64,000 nt of DNA from Endomicrobiales bacterium (lineage in GTDB: Bacteria > Elusimicrobiota > Endomicrobiia > Endomicrobiales > CAWCFT01): contig CAWCFT010000015.1 of assembly GCA_963794945.1 (NCBI GenBank), positions 1 through 64,000 of the forward strand, written 5' to 3'. Positions within the stretch are counted from its first letter, which is position 1. The number at the start of each line of letters is the position of its first letter. Both the position numbers and the translations under genes were made by a program. Below are positions 61,162-64,000 of the stretch, piece by piece. The notes below the pieces were generated by a model. The model was given only the letters and a program-made list of their open reading frames with translations. It was not told the DNA's origin and searched no databases.

Positions 61162-62868
61162 CTATGCCTTTATTTTCTGTGAAACCTGCATTTTTGCCCA
61201 GGCGTCTTTCAGCGTCGCTGTACGGTTAAAAATGAGATTTTCCGCTGAAGAGACGGGGTCCACGCTGAAATAGCCGTGGCGCATGAACTGGAACCGCTCT
61301 CCGGGCTTTGCACCCTTTAGCCCGGGTTCGAGTTTGCAGCTCTTTAGTATCTTAAGAGAATCAGGGTTAAGGTTATCCGTAAATTCTCCGCCTTCAGGGA
61401 CATTTTCGGGATTTTCGGTTTTGAACAACCTATCGTATAGCCTAACTTCGGCATCAATAGCGTGCGCAGCAGACACCCAGTGCAGCGTACTTTTAACCTT
61501 ACGGTTGTCCGGCGTTCCCCCGCCGCGAGACTGAGGGTCGTAAATGCAGTGGAGCTCTACGACCTCCCCGGTTTTTGCGTCTTTGACGGCATTCGTAGCC
61601 GTAACGTAGCAGGCATGTTTGAGGCGCACCTCAACTCCCGGAGAGAGCCTGAAATAGCCCTTCGGAGGGACCTCGCGGAAATCGTCCTGCTCGATATAAA
61701 GCACTTTCGAGAACGGGATCTTTCTCCTGCCGGCCGACGGGTCTTCAGGATTGTTCTCGGCATCGAACTCTTCCACCTGGCCTTCCGGGTAATTGTCTAT
61801 TATAAGTTTTAATGGCTTTAACACTCCCATAACACGCGCCGTTCTTTTATTGAGGTCTTCCCTGATGAAATATTCCAGAAGCGCGAAGTCTACCGTGCTG
61901 TTGGTCTTATCCACACCTATCCTGTCGCAGAAGTTGCGTATGGCCTCAGGTGTTACACCTAGCCTGCGCAGCCCGGAAATAGTAGGCATCCTCGGGTCGT
62001 CCCAACCGCTGACGCGGTTCTCCTTGACAAGCTGGAGAAGTTTGCGTTTGCTCATTACCGTGTAATTAAGGCCGAGCCTAGCGAACTCTATCTGTCTTGG
62101 GTGGCAATTAATTGTTATGTTGTCTAACACCCAGTCGTAAAGCGGCCTGTGGTCCTCGAACTCCAGCGTGCAAATGGAATGGGTTATGTTCTCTATGGCG
62201 TCAGAGATAGGGTGCGCGAAATCGTACATCGGGTATATGCACCACTTGTCGCCGGTCCGGTGGTGAGAGACTTTCTTTATGCGGTAAAGTGCCGGGTCGC
62301 GTAAGTTGATGTTGGGGTTTGCCATGTCTATCTTTGCGCGAAGAACCCTCATGCCTTCAGGGAACTCGCCTTTTTTCATCCCCTCGAACAGGTCCAGGTT
62401 CTCCTTTACGGGCCTGTCCCGGTATGGGCTGTTCTTGCCGGGTTCAGTAGGGGTGCCGCGATATGCACGGATCTCATCGGGGCTTAAGTCGCAGATATAG
62501 GCCTTGCCTTTTTCTATAAGTTCGACGGCGCTTTTGTAGAACTGGTTATAATAGTCAGAAGCATAGTAAAGGTGCGTACCCCAGTCGAACCCCAGCCACT
62601 TTACGTCTTCCATTATTGAATCTATGTATTCAACTTCCTCTTTCTCGGGGTTGGTATCATCAAAACGGAGGTGACATACACCGTTGTAGTCTTTGGCTAT
62701 GCCGAAATTGAGGCATATGGATTTGGCGTGGCCGATGTGCAGGTAGCCGTTAGGCTCCGGGGGGAAACGGGTCTCAACCCGCCCGCCATTCTTTCCTGCC
62801 GCGCGCTCTTCATCTATTATATTTCGAATGAAATCTTTTTTTCGTTCTTCCGCGTTGGTTTCAGTCAT
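61162..62868 (-). CDS. glnS: Glutamine--tRNA ligase
   Basis: '[15 protein letters not shown]' and 'MSKR'. Confidence 0.97.
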   Translation of the reverse strand: MTETNAEERKKDFIRNIIDEERAAGKNGGRVETRFPPEPNGYLHIGHAKSICLNFGIAKDYNGVCHLRFDDTNPEKEEVEYIDSIMEDVKWLGFDWGTHLYYASDYYNQFYKSAVELIEKGKAYICDLSPDEIRAYRGTPTEPGKNSPYRDRPVKENLDLFEGMKKGEFPEGMRVLRAKIDMANPNINLRDPALYRIKKVSHHRTGDKWCIYPMYDFAHPISDAIENITHSICTLEFEDHRPLYDWVLDNITINCHPRQIEFARLGLNYTVMSKRKLLQLVKENRVSGWDDPRMPTISGLRRLGVTPEAIRNFCDRIGVDKTNSTVDFALLEYFIREDLNKRTARVMGVLKPLKLIIDNYPEGQVEEFDAENNPEDPSAGRRKIPFSKVLYIEQDDFREVPPKGYFRLSPGVEVRLKHACYVTATNAVKDAKTGEVVELHCIYDPQSRGGGTPDNRKVKSTLHWVSAAHAIDAEVRLYDRLFKTENPENVPEGGEFTDNLNPDSLKILKSCKLEPGLKGAKPGERFQFMRHGYFSVDPVSSAENLIFNRTATLKDAWAKMQVSQKIKA

Positions 62869-62960
62869 TAAAACAGCTCCTTAAATAGACAATACTTATT
62901 CAAATATTATATTCTTTTTGGAGAATATTGTAAACATGCCGCGCGGGTTACTGCTGATAT

Positions 62961-62994
62961 AAAAACGCCGGAACCTGTTTGGGCTCCGGCGTTT
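62961..62994 (-). terminator. Intrinsic terminator after pfp
   Basis: AAACGCCGGA / TCCGGCGTTT stem with a U tract on the minus strand. Confidence 0.8.
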
Positions 62995-63016
62995 CCTTTA
63001 TTCGCGTCAAACTGGG

Positions 63017-64000
63017 CTATTTCTTGCCTTTTTGTTCGTATTGAAGTGTCTTTGTTGTCATATCAGTTACAGATGAAGGACCAAAATACTGTATGGGCCC
63101 CGGGAAAATGTAGCTTTCTGTCATGGCCCACTCTTTTCTGCTTTTTTCAAGCGCCTTGAACGGAGCGCCATCAAGCTCCACGAGGGCTTTCTGTATCACT
63201 GGCTTTTCTTTTCCCTTCCTTCTTTCGATATTCATCATCATGGTCAACGGTATGCCACCGCACTCCCACTGCTTTGAGTTTTTCACGAGCTTCCTGACAG
63301 AAGACAGGTAGCCCGAGAGCCCGTTTATAGCGAGTACCGCAGCGTTATAGCCGAGTGCGTATGTATAGTTGGCATCGAAATTCGAGGGCGCGCGCAGCGG
63401 CCTTCGTAGCCGAAGAAATGTGTTATCGTGGCAAATTTCCCATTGTATTTTCCTACCTTTTTCATCTCAATGAGCTGGGCCTTCACCATCTCTATCAAGA
63501 GCTTCTCGGTCTCTATCTGGGACACCTGCACGTTGCCGTGGGGGTCGCGGTCCAACATGAGCTGGTTTGCGATATTGACCGGCAAAGACCTCATGAGGTT
63601 TTCCAGGTGGCGCGGAAATTTGGCATATAGATAATTTTTCTGCTCTTCTATGTTAAGCAGTGCCTTTATCTGTTCCTCATTTTCAGCGAGAACGTCGTTG
63701 AGTGCGGAAATCAGCTCCTTAACCTCTGGAATGAACTCGACTAGTCCCTCTGGTATGAGGGCCACGCCGAAGTTCTTGCCGGCTTCCGCGCGTTTGGCCA
63801 CTACCTGCGCTATGCCGTCAACTACCTGATGAAGAGTCATTTTCTTTGAGCTTACTTCTTCACCTATCACTATGACGTTCGGCTGCGTCTTGAAACCGAC
63901 TTCAAGCGTGATATGCGAAGCGCTCCTTCCCATAAGGCGGATAAAGTGCCAGTACTTCTGCGCGGAGTTGACGTCGCGGCAAACGTTGCCTACGAGCTCT
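63017..64000 (-). CDS. pfp: PPi-dependent phosphofructokinase, 3' part; frameshift near 63395
   Basis: 'MGRSASHITLE', 'PEGL.EFIPE', 'RDPHGNV', 'HFFGYEGR', 'PGPIQY'. Confidence 0.93.

Noticed and set aside
1..64000. Stop-codon reassignment explaining the split genes
   Set aside because: The breaks are frame changes rather than in-frame stops, and TAA, TAG and TGA all end intact genes.

Overview
Almost everything here is on the minus strand. The host is a diderm bacterium, inferred to be Elusimicrobiota-like from the TonB receptor, PorV-like barrels and 'ASGxY' C-terminal tails. Single-base frameshifts are frequent and even hit housekeeping genes such as pfp, so most are probably long-read indels. 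Four blocks are visible. (1) 1-3.3 kb: a NikR-regulated metal uptake locus (TonB receptor plus cluster A-I binding protein). (2) 3.3-10.4 kb: a defence-like island (AAA/DUF4143 ATPase, TOTE-type primase-SF2 helicase, AbiEi/AbiEii) ending at a tRNA-Ser(CGA) 5' half that is cut exactly at the end of the anticodon loop. (3) 11-51 kb: a ~40 kb Wzx/Wzy/Wza/Wzc exopolysaccharide locus with a GGDEF/HD-GYP protein, four tandem GNAT paralogues and deacetylases. Embedded in it is the most unusual feature, a T9SS-like sorting module: two 'signal peptide + C-terminal-domain-only' genes each paired with its own PorV-like barrel, plus two large beta-helix cargo proteins (one ~2300 aa) carrying a private C-terminal-domain subtype and a shared 33-bp upstream motif. 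(4) 51.5-64 kb: housekeeping genes (thyX, flavodoxin, debranching enzyme, a giant TPR protein, glnS, pfp). All assignments come from motif recognition by eye; no database search was run.
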